From Botryllus schlosseri (taxonomy: Eukaryota): DNA of 60,000 bases. Within the stretch, counting starts at the first letter, position 1. Each line of letters begins with the position of its first letter. The notes under the pieces were generated by a model. It saw nothing but the letters and a program-made list of their open reading frames with translations, searched no databases and was not told the origin of the DNA. The stretch lies in contig CM119371.1 of the NCBI GenBank assembly GCA_051294905.1, forward strand, positions 17,982,001 to 18,042,000, in the 5' to 3' direction. Shown here piece after piece: positions 13,564 through 27,507 of the stretch. The position numbers and the translations under genes were made by a program.

Positions 13564-13797
13564 CATTTTAGCATTGAACAGCAGTACCAGGTTCCTGCTG
13601 TTTGGTCTACGACAGAATAAGCCCAAGCTGTTTGAGAGGCAGCATTTATTGCGTAGTGTAAAAAGGCGCAGTGCAGTCGACACATTGGTTAAAAAGTAGT
13701 AGGCTAAAGCTACTTATCATTGACAAATTTTTCTATATTATATTGCACTTGCGCATATAGTTTTAGCTACTAATAAGGCTAAATCTGATAAGTTGAA

Positions 13798-14755
13798 ATG
13801 AGCAGGCGTAAAAACGTTTTTCGTGACGATCATGAGAGAGAAATCAAACTTATCAAACGAAGCTTGAAGGGCGAGTGTTTCGCACATTGCGATATCTGCA
13901 ATTGTAACATTAACCTGGAGCTGGAGGACATAGGAAAGACCGCGGAAGGAAAGAGTGTCATAATGATTAATTTGAACTAGTCGATGAATAATTTCCCACA
14001 AGTCGAACAGCATCAACGACCACAGACGACAAGGCAGCTGCTGCAGAGGGTACCTGGGCATTCAATACTGTCAAACACAAGCAATCATTCCTCACCAAGG
14101 ATTGCGCATCGCAATTGTTCAAGCAATATTCCCCGATTCTCTCATCGCAAATAAGCTTTCTTCGGCCAGGACCAATACTACAAGCAATGTTCCCTCTGAT
14201 TTTTGACGACCCTTGGACAACAGTGCGTAATGAATGAAAAAAAAAGGTCATCACTTCGAATTTTTTGTGCGCAACTTAGATTTTCTATGCGCGGAGACCG
14301 TGTTATCATTGCGCAAGCTGCGCACGCAATGGGAACATTGACAACAAGCATTGTTACTGGAGTACTTTCTCCATAGGCTCAAAATTGATTTTTTTCTGAA
14401 CTTGGTGTAGGTCTTTTTTTAATCTTGGTTGACGCCTCTAATCACAACGAGGCGAAGAAGTTTGGTTTATCACCCTATGGGGGGGGGTAAGACCGACGTT
14501 TTTTTGGTGGGGCGGGGGCTGGCGAAGTGCTGTTGCGGCCCAGAGTAAAGGTAAACCTAGACCTAAGCTGTTGTGAGATCCATGAAGCACTTTCTAATAA
14601 CAGGGAGTTGCTGGAGCAGATTGTTTCTGGCAAAAAGTATGGAATGTGATACGCCACGGCTCGTATAAATATAAAGTATGTTCAAAAACGCTTTTTCAGG
14701 GTAATCTAATTTTTCAACTGTCCTTATTTTTGGGTCCATGTCGATGGCAACCCTG
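13798..14755 (+). mobile_element. Internally deleted hAT (Blackjack-like) transposase remnant
   Basis: N-terminal C-x2-C zinc finger (FAHCDICNC), AAEGTWAF.TVKH.QSF...DC, FPDS.IA.K.S.ART, DASNH, then C-terminal VKVNLDLSC.E...N.ELL..I.SGKKY*. Terminus ATGGCAACCCTG at 14755. Confidence 0.75.
14185..14340. mobile_element. 156-bp hAT MITE inserted in the transposase remnant
   Basis: TIR CAATGTTCCC/GGGAACATTG; TSD ACTACAAG/ACAACAAG (7/8). A related copy lies at ~16645-16818. Confidence 0.8.
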
Positions 14756-14836
14756 GTTATAGCTTCTGATGCGAAAGATATTTGCCATTTAACTCTGCCC
14801 TTGTGTATTGACAACATGACTTGGCAGTTCTGACCA

Positions 14837-15092
14837 CTTTAGAGCTGCTGGAAGCCTCTCTACCATTTAAAAGTGATTTATTCAAATCACCTTTAGAGTT
14901 GCTGGATGCCTCTCTACCATTTAAAAGTGATTTATTCAAATCACCTTTAGAGTTGCTGGATGCCTCTGTACGATTGACGGTGATTTATTCTTGTCACTAG
15001 TACAGATTTGCTTAACGCCTCTCTCCCATTTAAGGTGACTTGTTCTCGCTAGTAGGGTTGTTGAACGCCGCTTTACCATTCAAAGTGATTTT
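14837..15092. repeat. 54-bp tandem repeat
   Basis: CTTTAGAG starts at 14837, 14891 and 14945, followed by more diverged copies. Confidence 0.85.
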
Positions 15093-16819
15093 TCGAACGT
15101 CCGTGGGATCTAATACGAGGGACATTTCGTCATTTATCTTTGTCTCCAAGCATAAAAAATTAGGACTCTGGCATTAGTCGGGATGGAATCGCCCGTACGC
15201 CGTTAGACCACATTTCTCTGACCGAGTCGCTTATCTTGATGACTTCCATCGAACTATTCTTTGTTTCGAAATTGACTGGACGTGATATGCAGACTCAATG
15301 GACAGTCCTTTTCACTTTAAACCCCATTGTTCTCGGAAGATGTTGCACGACCACGCAGGAACGTTTTGATTCCGAATTTATGTGGTCAAAGATTAGATTG
15401 ATGTATGTATCCCGAATAATGACTGGTCTGAACGTTAACTTGTTCATTCACTACATTGGTGCAATTATGTTGACTGGGTTCAGTCAAATGGGGGAGTGTT
15501 TGCGATTGCGCATGTTCTTTTCTATCCTTTATTTGAGGTCGTTTTTAGAGGAATCAGTCTTCCAATTGTCCTTATTTGTATTCCATGTTTCTACTAATTG
15601 TATTTGTACGATTTTAGTGATTTGATTGTTTGATTACTGTTTTAAATTGTCTTTTTTCGCCAGTATAAATTGCCCTCGCTATCGTTGTCTCGTCCTACTT
15701 TCCATCAGCAACGGACGAGCAAGCACTATTGCGAATCTCGCTTGCATTAGCATTTTTGTACTTCTAACAACGGAATCTCAAGTCTACATTATTCTTCGAC
15801 CGCTTTGGTTGGATTAAATAGAATACAAGACTGCTACGCAAGGTTTGCCTAGTCCACGTAAATCGGCACTCATTAGATCGGAGTGTCGCGTCGAAACACA
15901 GGTATTGCAAGTCTCGAAATTCTAAAAAGTGTGCTCTTTTCAGGTTTCCAAAATATGGTAACCCTACGAATATGCCTCGCTTCGATATATTTATAACAAG
16001 CTGGCACCGTATCCTGTGACCAAATCCCTTTTTGCGTTTAATTCTAGCGAATGAACAACGTAATTCGCCTTTAGCCCGTCTACTTCGCCTTGTTGAGCAT
16101 AATCAGTCTACCATTACGACGCTAGAATGTAATTTCGCAATAAGGGTCCAAACAAAATCAGGGTCTGAAGAGTGAATATGCTAAATCACCGACGCTCCAA
16201 ACTAGCTTCCAAATGCACGACAGGACTTGGATCGTTGATTTGAATTATGACATAATACTGGTGAAAAGAATTCTCAGAACCTAACACAGGATTGTATTGC
16301 AGCGGCAAGGCTTTCCTCATTGTGTTCTAGTTTCGACGTGTTCCTATTTAAATGGGGGCTGAGGTACGATTGGTGCGCTCACTTTACACCAGATACTCCT
16401 GATGTCGGGTACCTTTTACGTCAAAAGCGCCATATTGGTCCTATTTTTTAAATGGTAGTTGAGAGCCATACAACGATGTCGACCAACTGCCACGTCCCCA
16501 GATCGAAGTTCACTACATGGGGTCGTTATGTTATGTTATAACAGCCGCATTATTGAAGCCAGTAGTCGCACATCATTAGAGTCTGATGAGGAATGAGAAG
16601 CGGTCGATGAGCGACACTAAACCTTAGATACAGGGGTCAGGAGCAATGATCCCTCTAAGATGCGCGCGTGCGCAAATGCGCAGTGCCGACACGGTCTCTG
16701 CGCACAAAAAATCCGAAGTTATGACCTTTTTTGTCGTCGTTACGCTCCGTTCTCGAAGGGTCTGCGCAGTGAGTTGTTGAGTGTGCTCACACTCGTCAAA
16801 ATTATAGGGAGCATTAGTC

Positions 16820-16945
16820 GGGCCTTTTGCAAGCTACCTAATTGTATTACCGTGAGAATTTATCAGAGAGTCATATCATCAACATAGCCATATATGGGTC
16901 GCCAGTCATTGTTTACTATCCCTGCAATACGCTATATGGTGGGAA
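16820..16945 (-). mobile_element. Short LINE reverse-transcriptase relic (paralogous copy at ~46452-46570)
   Basis: Minus frame reads IAGIVNNDWRPIYGYVDDMTL**ILTVIQLGSLQ, resembling the RT YVDD motif. Confidence 0.4.
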
Positions 16946-16984
16946 TCATCGAAAGACACGACATTCGTTTACAGTGTATGCTAC

Positions 16985-17197
16985 CTTTTTGGCGGCCTTT
17001 TCTGCCCTTTCTAGTGCATTCTCGTATTCTCTTCCGTACAGGAATTCATAGGCATCATCATCTTTTGGCAGCACACCTGGCCCATAGACCACATCATTCT
17101 GCATTATGATCTCTTGCGAAGTGTTGCAGAAAAATTGGACAAACAGACTTGCGATACATAGGCAAATCACTAGGAGAAGCCATCGATATTCTTTCAT
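16985..17197 (-). CDS. Exon 1 of a paralogous GT10 fucosyltransferase (remaining exons not found in window)
   Basis: 71 codons highly similar to 47567..47779: type II signal-anchor MKEYRWLLLVICLCIASLFVQFF, same AAG|GTAGCA donor position. Confidence 0.8.
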
Positions 17198-17422
17198 AGT
17201 ATTCGATATAGTATATCTGCGAAAATCATAGTGTTAGCGAATCCGTATTTGCCATTAGTCTGGCAACGTTTAAGCTCTAGGCGCTGCATACAACATTTCA
17301 TTCCATTCCGGCGCCGCACTACAGTAAACTGAATATTCTAAGACAAAGCAAAATCTTTTGTATGTTTGTATAGTGATAGTGGACATGGAGTGCACTTAAA
17401 ATACATCAAATACGGACTAGAT

Positions 17423-19382
17423 CAGTGCTTTACAACCTGTGTGACGGTTCGCACTTGTGCGAATGAAAGAAATTGCATTGCGAATGACGAGGGTCGTGCA
17501 AATGGTGCGAATGAAAATCTCGGATGAGTGTGACTGACGAAGGTGGTGCGAATGGTGAGTGCGAATGACATCGTGAATAATAATTGGTAATTTTTCTGAC
17601 CTGGAATAATTCAAATAAATTCAACAGGAAATTCAAGGGCATTGTAACTTTTGTTGTTGCGACGCAACTGTAAAAACTTGTTTACCTTACGACGAATCAC
17701 AAGCCGTAAGGAATTATTATTTCGCACTATAATTATTACGTAACCAATAGCATTCTTTGGAAGCATGTGTAGCGGCAGACCCAGTATATCAGCCCGTCTG
17801 AGCCTTTGACAGGCTGGTAAAATGACGTCAAATTGACTTTCTGATTTATTTCGTAATAACTGTTCGATAAGTGGGAGGCACGAGGATAGTAGTGAATGCC
17901 ATCATTACAGATTCACATCTGCAAGCTACTGTAACGCAAATTTTGGCCCCTTCCAGGGTCATTAAAGTATGAACCGCAAAGGGTATAATTTTAGGTCGAA
18001 ACAGTGCCAGAGCTATCTGTTAATATGTATGTAATATTTGTTGAATTTATTGCAGAAAATCCTGGAGTAGTTTTTTCAAATTTTAGGTCACTGTGTTTGG
18101 TACTATAGCCAATAAGCGAGACACGCAGAAAATATGGCTTTATCATGAGAATTCAAGATATTGATAAGATTTGTCCGACTGTTTTTTCTGTAAAACATGG
18201 TCGAAGACCGTTGGGATGAACTACTGTAGGTACTAGGAATGTGTAACGAGCGAGTTCAGGTCTATGAGACTCATCCATTTCGATGCCAACCCCTTTTTCG
18301 TCGGCTCAAATGAAGACGTAAAGTTTTGGCCAACAAACTGCTGATAAAATGCGGTGCCAAAACATAAGCGTCGACAAAACCTTGGTCAGAAAATGACCGA
18401 TGCTGGATAGCCAAATCATTCGATATGGATATGCTCCGTTGTCGGGACGGAATAGTCCCGTTCTTGCAATCTGAGTAGACCGTAGAACAACTGCGACACG
18501 CAGAGGAATTTAATTCACCTTAATTTGAAATCGCGTGCGCCAAACATATGTTGTAAACCTGTGTTGAATAGAATTGTAGGGTGCGCGTTCTGTATGTCAT
18601 ACATATCCGTAAAATCGTAGCGCAAACTGTAGTATTCAAATGAATTCCTTTTAAAGGGTGAGGCTCGGGGCGCGAGATGCCACAAAAACTCAGATTTCGG
18701 TGGTGGTCTAAAAATAAAAAGCTGCTTTAACGGTAATAAACTGTAATGAATTCTCAAGTTAGCTTGAGCTAAAGAACAGAACAGTAACAGTATCGTGAGT
18801 TAGTTGCTCTTCCCACATACTCGCAAGACAGAAAATGGGAAATCGAAAAAAAGATGATGTTTGAGCAACCTATCATAAGGTAGCAAGCTCTAATGCGCCT
18901 ACTCTCATTGATCGTTTGGACCTTATTTTCCAAAGGCAAAAGCCTCAACACAAACAAGTGGGTTTTTCACACTTTCGACATACTGGAGCCTCCAAGACCC
19001 TATTTCAGCTCTCAAAATCGCTTTCTTCCACCAAGCATTTTTCATTCGGTAAAATACGTTGTATTTTGGATAGGAGTGCAGAACAGATTTCAAGACCTGG
19101 CCATCCAAGCACTAGTAGACGGTCATGTAGAAAACCCGACAATTGGTTTGGCCGAGAAGGGTTTTAGTGAAATAGTTGAAGTCAAAACGAGCGAAAATAG
19201 TAGCCTTTTTAATGAGACACTTGATAGCTTAATATACATAGTAGCCAATTTGTTGCACATCTGAACAAATAAATGTTTTATTTTCAGCTCCTGTTGTATA
19301 ACAATTTTCCGTTAGTTTGTGCGACTGAAATTTAATTTACAAAAAAAGTGCGAATGAAGCTCAAAAAGGTTGAAAATCTCTG
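17423..19382 (+). mobile_element. Degenerate hAT-like element with transposase C-terminal remnant
   Basis: Imperfect TIR CAGTGCTTTACAACC / GGTTGAAAATCTCTG and subterminal GTGCGAATGA repeats. Reads LAIQAL...PT.GLAEKGFSEIVEVKT...LDSLI (hAT dimerisation-like) at ~19090-19235. No TSD seen. Confidence 0.55.
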
Positions 19383-19392
19383 ATATACAGTA

Positions 19393-20077
19393 TAGGTATG
19401 GTGCGAGCCCAAGAAAGCTTCAGGTTCGTGTGGACGCGAACGTGAAACTTGTGACGTCATGTGATATCATATTGGTAATTCCAACCCTTATATATATATC
19501 AGTGAACCGATATATAAATGTACGTACACGATACCTAGCGACGACTCAGGCCACATATTGCCACAATACTCAAGTACATGCTGACTTTTTAAAAGTCAAA
19601 AAATTTATCAACTAAGGCAATCAAAAGCTATAATAATCCTATGAAATCAATGTCTTCCGGCGCTTTGCCGACAATTTCGAAGAGGATTTGCAAGGGAATA
19701 CAAGCTTACGCCTTAACGTTCGAGGCCAGACCGGACAATGTGCTCGGCGTCTGACTATTGCGACATTGATATTGAGCAGATTGTAAAACTGGTTTTGATA
19801 CCGATATTATCCAATAAAGAAGTTATACAGTAGCCAACACCAACACCCTAATCACGCAGCTTTGTTTTTATGATGCTATAAACATATCAAATAAAGATGG
19901 ATCCCGCACGCTTGCTGGTTTTTTTCACATTAGACAACAACGCCAAAGATGCGGAAAATGGTAGAAAAAGGTCAACAGTGGATAACCTACCAAGGTGCGT
20001 TTGTGCACGCGAGCCTGTAACTTTCTGAGGTTCACACACAGAACGCGAACTTGAACCTCACCTTCACAACATCCCTA
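19393..20077. mobile_element. Older diverged copy of hAT family A
   Basis: Colinear similarity to 12557..13563 with degenerate TIRs and internal deletions. Confidence 0.85.
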
Positions 20078-21071
20078 CTTTACAGTATACCACGCGATGC
20101 TGACAGGAATGGGAATATTACATCTCTCGTTGTACACGCAGAAATCACGTACATGCTGTTAGATTCAGCCATGTGACAACAGACGACGCTGGTGGTGTTT
20201 ATTTCCGACTGTACCGTCTAAAAACGATCTTTTGTCTAAAGATAATCACAGTTTTCAAAGGGAAGTAAATACACAGAATATCACAGAAACGGCGTGGTTG
20301 TTTATATACTCAATTCGGACCGCGGATGCATATCCATGAAACAATGGTCTACCAGCATTGTTTCCTGCATAGCGGTAGACCAATCAGAAACACTACATTC
20401 TATGACTATTTAGGAATGTGTGACCAGAACTGATTTCTGCCTTGTTCTATGACATATATCCAAGGTAACTAAATGAGCCGATTGTATATGCTTGTCGTTC
20501 TGATTCTATTCCCATAGTGTATGAGTGGGTCAACGAGGACGTAACAAGCCACACGGCAGGTCTATATCCAGATCAAGCTAATACCGATGCCGATACGAAT
20601 GAATCAAACGTCACGAAGAGGGAGATAGTAGCCTGACCCAGAAACCAAAAATGTATATGTCCTCTCTGAATCAGTGCGCAAATCTCATTATTATCCACTC
20701 ATATTTTGTTGGAATTTAAGACGTAACATTTCGCACGCATCCAGTACACCGAGTGGGCTTACATCAAATAAAGATCGACGGCATTCCACGACGTGATTCG
20801 GTACGTAAACAATCGCTAAATCGTTTCCCAAGAGGCACGTGATTTATTGAATATTCCTATTCAGGAAATTAAACGGTGCATAATCTATTCAGCAGTTTAG
20901 CCACTACCCACATACACTATATATTATACAGGATGCGCGACTGTCAACATGCGACATGTGGTGCAAAGCAAAATATAATATCAATCCAGTATTTGAAGAT
21001 ATCGCCCACATCAGGTATTATAATAATAGTCCTCAGCGCGGATTTTCAATACCAGGTGTTATCGATGAAAT

Positions 21072-21237
21072 TAGTGATGGTGTGAACCTCTGAAAGGTTC
21101 AGGTTCGTGTGAACGCAAACCCTTTTGAAAGGTTCTGTGTGAACGCGAGCCTGAACCTCATGACGTCACGTGACGTCATATTCCTAATTCCAACCCTACA
21201 TTTCATTGAAGTGATAGCACTAAATGATAACGTACAC
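21072..21237. mobile_element. Terminal fragment of hAT family A
   Basis: TAGTGATGGTGTGAACCTCTGAAAGG... matches the family A end. Confidence 0.85.
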
Positions 21238-21689
21238 CACGCGTCACAAACGTTAACGGGAATTTATAGGCTAGTCACTCTCATTAAGCAATTTGTCAGA
21301 ATTATGAATGATAGTCGGTTGCGCCGATTCTAAGAACAGGGGGAAATTTGAATCCGTGAGCAGCGATCTACCTGTATATTTGCTGACTCTACTTTTCGTA
21401 CTGCAAGATAGACAAGGTACACAGCTTCATAGCCATATGTTGCCTTCAAATACGCTTTAGCAAATAGCTTACTGTGCTACTGTGCAAAACTTGCCTTCTT
21501 AGCGTTCTTTTCTGAGTACGACATCAACATAATTTACTGATGTCTCAGAGATTTTATTGATTCGGTTACTTTATTGAGCTGCTAATCATTTGATAAATTG
21601 TGCCTATAACTAGTAGGATGTCCGGAGAAGGTGGCGTTTCATATTGCGGCAACGGATCCATTATAAGACAAATCATATATTTCGCATTA

Positions 21690-24600
21690 CCTCCACACGC
21701 CAAAACAGAAATACTTTTTCAGTCGTATCTTTTTTGAATGCAAAGCAATCATCTTCAACTTTTCGCTGCTTGGATTGCTTTGAACAACTTACTATGAATG
21801 AGTTGTGACTGAAGGTATGAAAGACTAATAACTAACTGCATATCTATAGAGGACGAATCTACCAAACCCACGCACGAAACAGATGTTTCAAGTACACAAC
21901 TGAAGTTAATGATATTACAGGAGTTGCCAGCATAAAATCACACATTTAGGCTAATTAAAATTAAGATGTTTAGCAACCGAAACCTTTCAAAATACGTGGG
22001 TCAAAATGTCATTGTAGGAATGTGATGATTACTGAAGACACTTGCTGTCAGGTGCTTGTTACTGCATTGGTTTACTTCGCTGTGTGGATTCTGTTCATTA
22101 CCTCAGTTGAGTATATCTGTACTTGTTTGCTTATAGTTGATTGTATAGCCTAATTTTCGTTCATATAATCCTAGAAATCGATCGAGCAGATTTGTACATG
22201 CTTTCCTCGAAAGGTCACTACAACTTTTTCAGATACTATTGACACCATCTACTGTAGAATGACTTTCTTTCAAGAGGAGTACAGTGTCGGCATAAACATT
22301 TTTACATTCAGTTGTCTATATTACTACAGACGTACATAAGGCCGAAGGTGTACGATATGCCTAATTGCCGGCCTGCATTCATCTGGAATTAGATTGCTCA
22401 TTCTCGGACATGAATAATTAACCCTCGAAAAACTCATGCGGATGGCGGACCCTCTTGAACAACAACTTTCTCGTCCTATGAAATAAAGTCTGATACTGCT
22501 AACATGGTCTCACCAAACAAGGAAGTGATCTGCACTCATTGGATCATTCTGACTGACTGACTGAAATATTTCACTCGGGGATCTGGATTGTTTGTGGAGG
22601 GAGGAAATAAATATGATGCGACGCTAGTATGCGAAGCAAGCATTGTCCTGCACGAAAAAGCGAATGATTAAGATGCGCGGACGACGGCGCCATCGTTCCA
22701 AGTCTTTGGACGATTTTGCTATACTGGTAAGCTGGCATAAGTATACATGTAAATTCGGCGGAGTATGATTGATACATCATTTGGTCAATAATTTGAGGTA
22801 GATGATCATTTCCACTGTAACATATCGGTAAATATGGCTTGCACATTTTTAAGTAAGTTAGTAATTTCGGATCAATTTTTGACGCAAATTTAAGTTTAAG
22901 GGTTGGTGCCGAAATCATGGTTTAGTTAAGATTTGAAAACTATTAAAAGTATAAAACCCTTCGAAGCTAAATATATTGATAAATGTGACTTTATCTATCG
23001 CAAGATCAGTGGTTCTCAAACGTTATTAGACTCGCCCTCCTTTATGATAGTGATAATTTTCGCACCCCCTTTATCGTCATATTACAAAATACAATCAGAG
23101 TGCTAGCAATCCCAACGGATAGTTGTATGGCATGGAATGCTATGACTGTTGATGAGAGAATTCTCAAATATGAAACTAGGACTATAGACAGAGCAGTAAC
23201 TACGTATTGGAGGTAAATCGCGAGTGGCGCCAAAATAGTTTCAGTTGACCGCAGCTTCGTGCCCCTTCAGATGCTTTCACTCTTTCTAGTTTGAGAACCA
23301 CTCGCTAAAGAATGGTTCCCGATTGATTGACATTTTCAGCATTTTCGTAGCATAGTGAAATATTGGTCGGGGAAACAAATGCATCATCATTGGTGTGGTT
23401 GTTGCGGGGTATCAAATATTGACTTAATAAAACATTGAAAGGCGTATTTACGTAGGTAAACCTAAGCCGTCCGTATGATATGAAAGCCTTCGCTGAGCTA
23501 CTGTTTGATTTTTCTGGGTAGACGAGATTTGAAACAGATTGGTCGATATTGGAAGTGAGTTTCCGAACATTGTGTACGGTCACCATTGCCAAGGACCACG
23601 GCAGTTGTTCCTATAACCTTTCGAGATTCACTGAATCCCACAGGCTAAACAGTGGCCTTCCAATTGGTTTGAAAAATATAATTCTTTGGGAACTTCTTAA
23701 TGACTCATACTACATATCAGAATATACCTATTCCAAGAAACATCTCTCTTGATAGCACGATCAATTTGAGATTTACCTATTCTAACAAAGATCTCTCTTG
23801 ATGGCACAATCAATTTGAGATTTAACCATTCTAAAAAACGCCGCTCTTCTTCGTGCCGAATCGAACCAAATAATTGCTATATATATCCGTCGCCTGCGAT
23901 ATCTGTCTCTCCACCGATCATAATTATTGGTCGACCATACCACCTGGAAATTTCAGAAGTTGCAAATTAGCGCCTACTACTACTCAGATTTACGAACATA
24001 ACAGAACAGATAGATACACCGAAATTACAGTTCATACGAACCGAACTTATACATCCGCAAATGGTGATGGCCGCGTCTACAAAAACGGTCATCGGAGGTA
24101 CTAATAGTTCTATCCGCTCAAAACGCACAGTGCACAATGTGGAAGACAAGACACAAGGCGATATAATCTGTAGGAGGATACAGAAAGAACCGACCACGGT
24201 CTCAAACCGGAACTACGAATCGTAATAGCGGTGACTAACATAGGTCGTTGGGGGTACCAATATTAATATCCGCTCAAGAACACAATGTAAAACGCGGTAC
24301 TCAAGACGCAATGTAGACTTGTAATCAAGTCACAACGTTCCGAGTCACAAGTCAATCATAGTTTTGAAAATTTTGATCGATTAAAGTCTAGTCATTTCCA
24401 ATTCACAGCCGAGTCAAGTCCGAGTCCAAGCGGGTCGACGAAGGCCTAGTCCAGTGTTTCTCAAACTTTGTTAGACATGAGTACCTTGATGAGAGTGAAT
24501 AATGTCACCCCCTTCCTATTTCATGTTCAATTGTTCATAGCCTACATGATAAGGCTTCTACATGTCCATGGGAATTAAGTAAACTCTAAATTGTAACCAT

Positions 24601-24915
24601 CGACTGTGACACCGCATTGTGCATTGGAATATAGATCATAAGGGAAACACATAATATTACACGTAAATATTACCTTCTGTTTCTTTCACTCAGTATACAA
24701 TGTGCATGCTTCGTTTTTACATCGTCTATATAGGTCAGTTGGGTGTCTGATTTCGAAGACTACTCCAAGTCATTTCGACACCTTCCTGTCTTTCATTGTA
24801 TCGCAGTCTTGTGGTGCATTGACATGATGAAATAGTTAACAATAAGTGTCTATTCGTCTGGTAAGGAACGAATAGACACTTCCTCAGGCTATTCGTCCTG
24901 CAGACCTGACATTCA
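21690..24915 (+). repeat. Segmental duplication copy A (upstream flank of FucT paralogue)
   Basis: Colinear with 53110-54823 plus 57095-59030, roughly 85-90% identical by eye. Confidence 0.9.
23007..23303. mobile_element. ~300-bp Charlie-like hAT MITE (family B; other copies 32547-32823, 41055-41378, 47865-48156, ~54519-54816)
   Basis: TIR CAGTGGTTCTCAAAC / GTTTGAGAACCACT and shared internal sequence. Confidence 0.8.
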
Positions 24916-26161
24916 CCTTATATCAGGGGCGGGCAACATACGGCCCGCGTTCCGGATCCGGCCTGCGAAGGGAATTTGTCCGGCCACGGACTGTTTTTCG
25001 TCTTACATGATAATGTTGCCCGCGGCCCCATTCTGCTGAGATTCCGCACTACTTGCTTAATAGGTCAAATTTTAGTGACTGTATGTTATTATATACGTGT
25101 GTGCGCACTATGCGCAGCGTGCGAGAGTGGAGCTTACGCGTAAGTACGTCAAAGCGAGAAGACTTGCATTATCGGCATCTACGATGTACTCAACCCTAAT
25201 ATCGTTTGTGGTAATCGTGGTGTTTGTCGACTACACTGGTCATTAACACCAGGCTGATATTTCTTATTTTTTATTCCGTAACCCCTGACTTGTAGCTTGG
25301 CACACTTCTAGGCTTTTGTAAGACACCGCTTATGCCAGGGGTCGCCAACTCAAAACGAGCCGCAGGTCCCTTTTCAAATTTCGTATAGGACGCAGGCCAC
25401 ATGAATTCAATATCGAGATTAATTAGGCCACGCAGTTGAAGAACGACGCTATCTCGTCACCTGCTCAAACCTGATGTAAATTTGTAGTATCGGACTTATC
25501 GGGCGCCTTGAAATCTTAATTAAAGATTGCACGGTGTTTTGATTGATCAGAGAGAATCAGTCATGGCGGCGCCTGTATAGCAATGCTATTCTCAAATCCA
25601 CATTGTCTTTCTCATTATCGACGAGAAATGACTTTTAGGCGACATTGCTGTCGGTAAAATGCATTCATTAACTACGATTTATTCCTTGCATATTTGGATA
25701 AATGGGTGAAAAATGTATCGATTCAGCAATCTGGCCTACTTGTTCGACATCATTCAAATACACAACGGGTTTATTTCAATATGAATACACTATTGACTAT
25801 TCATTCGTATATTGAAGCTCTGTACCTCCAAGAAGCTCTTTGAATACAAAAGTGAAAAGTTTCCTCATTTTGTTCTTGTGTAATAAATTTAGGCTGGCTT
25901 GTGCGAATGAAATTTATTTCTCAAAATAAAGTGCGAATTGAGCTCAAAAAAGTTGAAAAGTTCTGGGCTAGAATAAAGTGTGCCGTTAAATTTATAAGAC
26001 GCTTCTCCGCAACTCTCGCCAACAGCTCCAACGATTCTGACCCATTTGGAAACCACGTTATTTTGATCTGGCGGCTTGATACGGCCGGCCTTTGACACAA
26101 ATTCTCTCTGCCCGCGATGGAGTGTGTGATGCTACTCTGAGGTAACGAATGAAAAAAGATT

Positions 26162-26426
26162 TCATTCGGCGACGATTCTTCCGTTGGTGTCCAAACGAAG
26201 ATTCTTTTGCAGACAATCAGAATTATCTTTCTCCGCCCATAACTTAAGAGCGGACACTGACATTGGTCGCTTGGGTGACCCTGTAATAGGAAAATTTGTT
26301 TTGTGGAAGTCCCGATATGGAACTTTGTATGCATCGTCAAGGCGTATTCCGTGCAGAAAACGACATATTTGACAATTGTGATATCTTCTCTTATAATGCG
26401 GGTGGTGTCGCCTTTCGGTCCGCCAT
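26162..26426 (-). CDS. Alpha-1,3-fucosyltransferase (GT10) exon 6 (terminal)
   Basis: Acceptor TTTTCCAG|A. Continues YF-R|WRTERR...CQICRFLH...LKLWAEKDNSDC...*, a typical GT10 C-terminus with C-x2-C. Confidence 0.9.
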
Positions 26427-27507
26427 CTGGAAAACCATTGTTCTGGTGAATTGTATGTATATTTATCAGCTATAGTACCGCAGTCAATATTCGTATACAA
26501 TTAAGCACCAAATCTCATATTCCATTATATGCGACGCAGTCAGGAATAAAACTCGAGTCGCAGCTCCGAGTTATCAGGCTCAAAGTATTGAAATTCATCA
26601 GGACCGAATCGAGTCAGCAAACGATCATTTTATATGTCCTTAATGGTTCATTTTCGCTTGAATAGTCGCAGAAAGGGCATTTAATAAGAGTGTTCGTATA
26701 GGGCCACTAATGAGGTAAATATAGCTTCACGATACATCCTCTAACGTTCGGTTTCGGCACTGGCCATACCATTGGTTCCCAACGTGAACGATAACGTCTC
26801 TCAGAGGGCGATTTTGAGATACAAGGTGGCGAGAAGGGCGAAAATTTTAAAATGATCGGTTAGATATATAAAATGCACGTGAAGACGATTTATTCTGCGT
26901 AGGACGCGACAAAGGGTAAACTCAATAGAAAGTAGACGCGGAAACCGGTTTTCCGAACACCTGTAACCTCGGAAATTTGGCCTATTTTTAGTAAATTCAC
27001 CAGCGATCAGAGTTAGGTGAATAAATTCCCCGTTTATATAGTATACAGCCGTCACACGCACATCATGCACGGTATCAGGTCTCACATCATTTCAATAGTC
27101 AACCGGGTTAGATGAGAAAATATATCTTGCAATTGCGAAAGTATACTTATAGCCTCATACAACTGACTACCTGAAGCATTCGTCCATGACATTCACTTTT
27201 TCTAACTAATAAACCTGAGTTCTTTTCACAACCATTTATTTTCGACATCTCCTTGAGGTAGCCGTAGCATATCTTCTGAATGGCGGCGTCTACACCCGAT
27301 TGAGTATCAATTTACGATATTATCTCCACATCTACGGGAGCAGCAATGCTGACTTCTTTGACCGCATCTATGCTCAAATTCAACTGGTATATGAGAGTGA
27401 AGTGGCTATAGTACTCCAAATCGAGGAAGTTGCCATACATGGGGTCAAGTAACGAATTACTGCGATGTCTTTGTACGACGATGTAGTGGTATTGATTTCA
27501 GAATGTT

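Noticed and set aside
22571..24197. ORFs conserved between duplicated blocks (e.g. 22571..22918 and 54100..54444)
   Set aside because: Frames are broken by indels between the copies; the similarity is explained by recent duplication.
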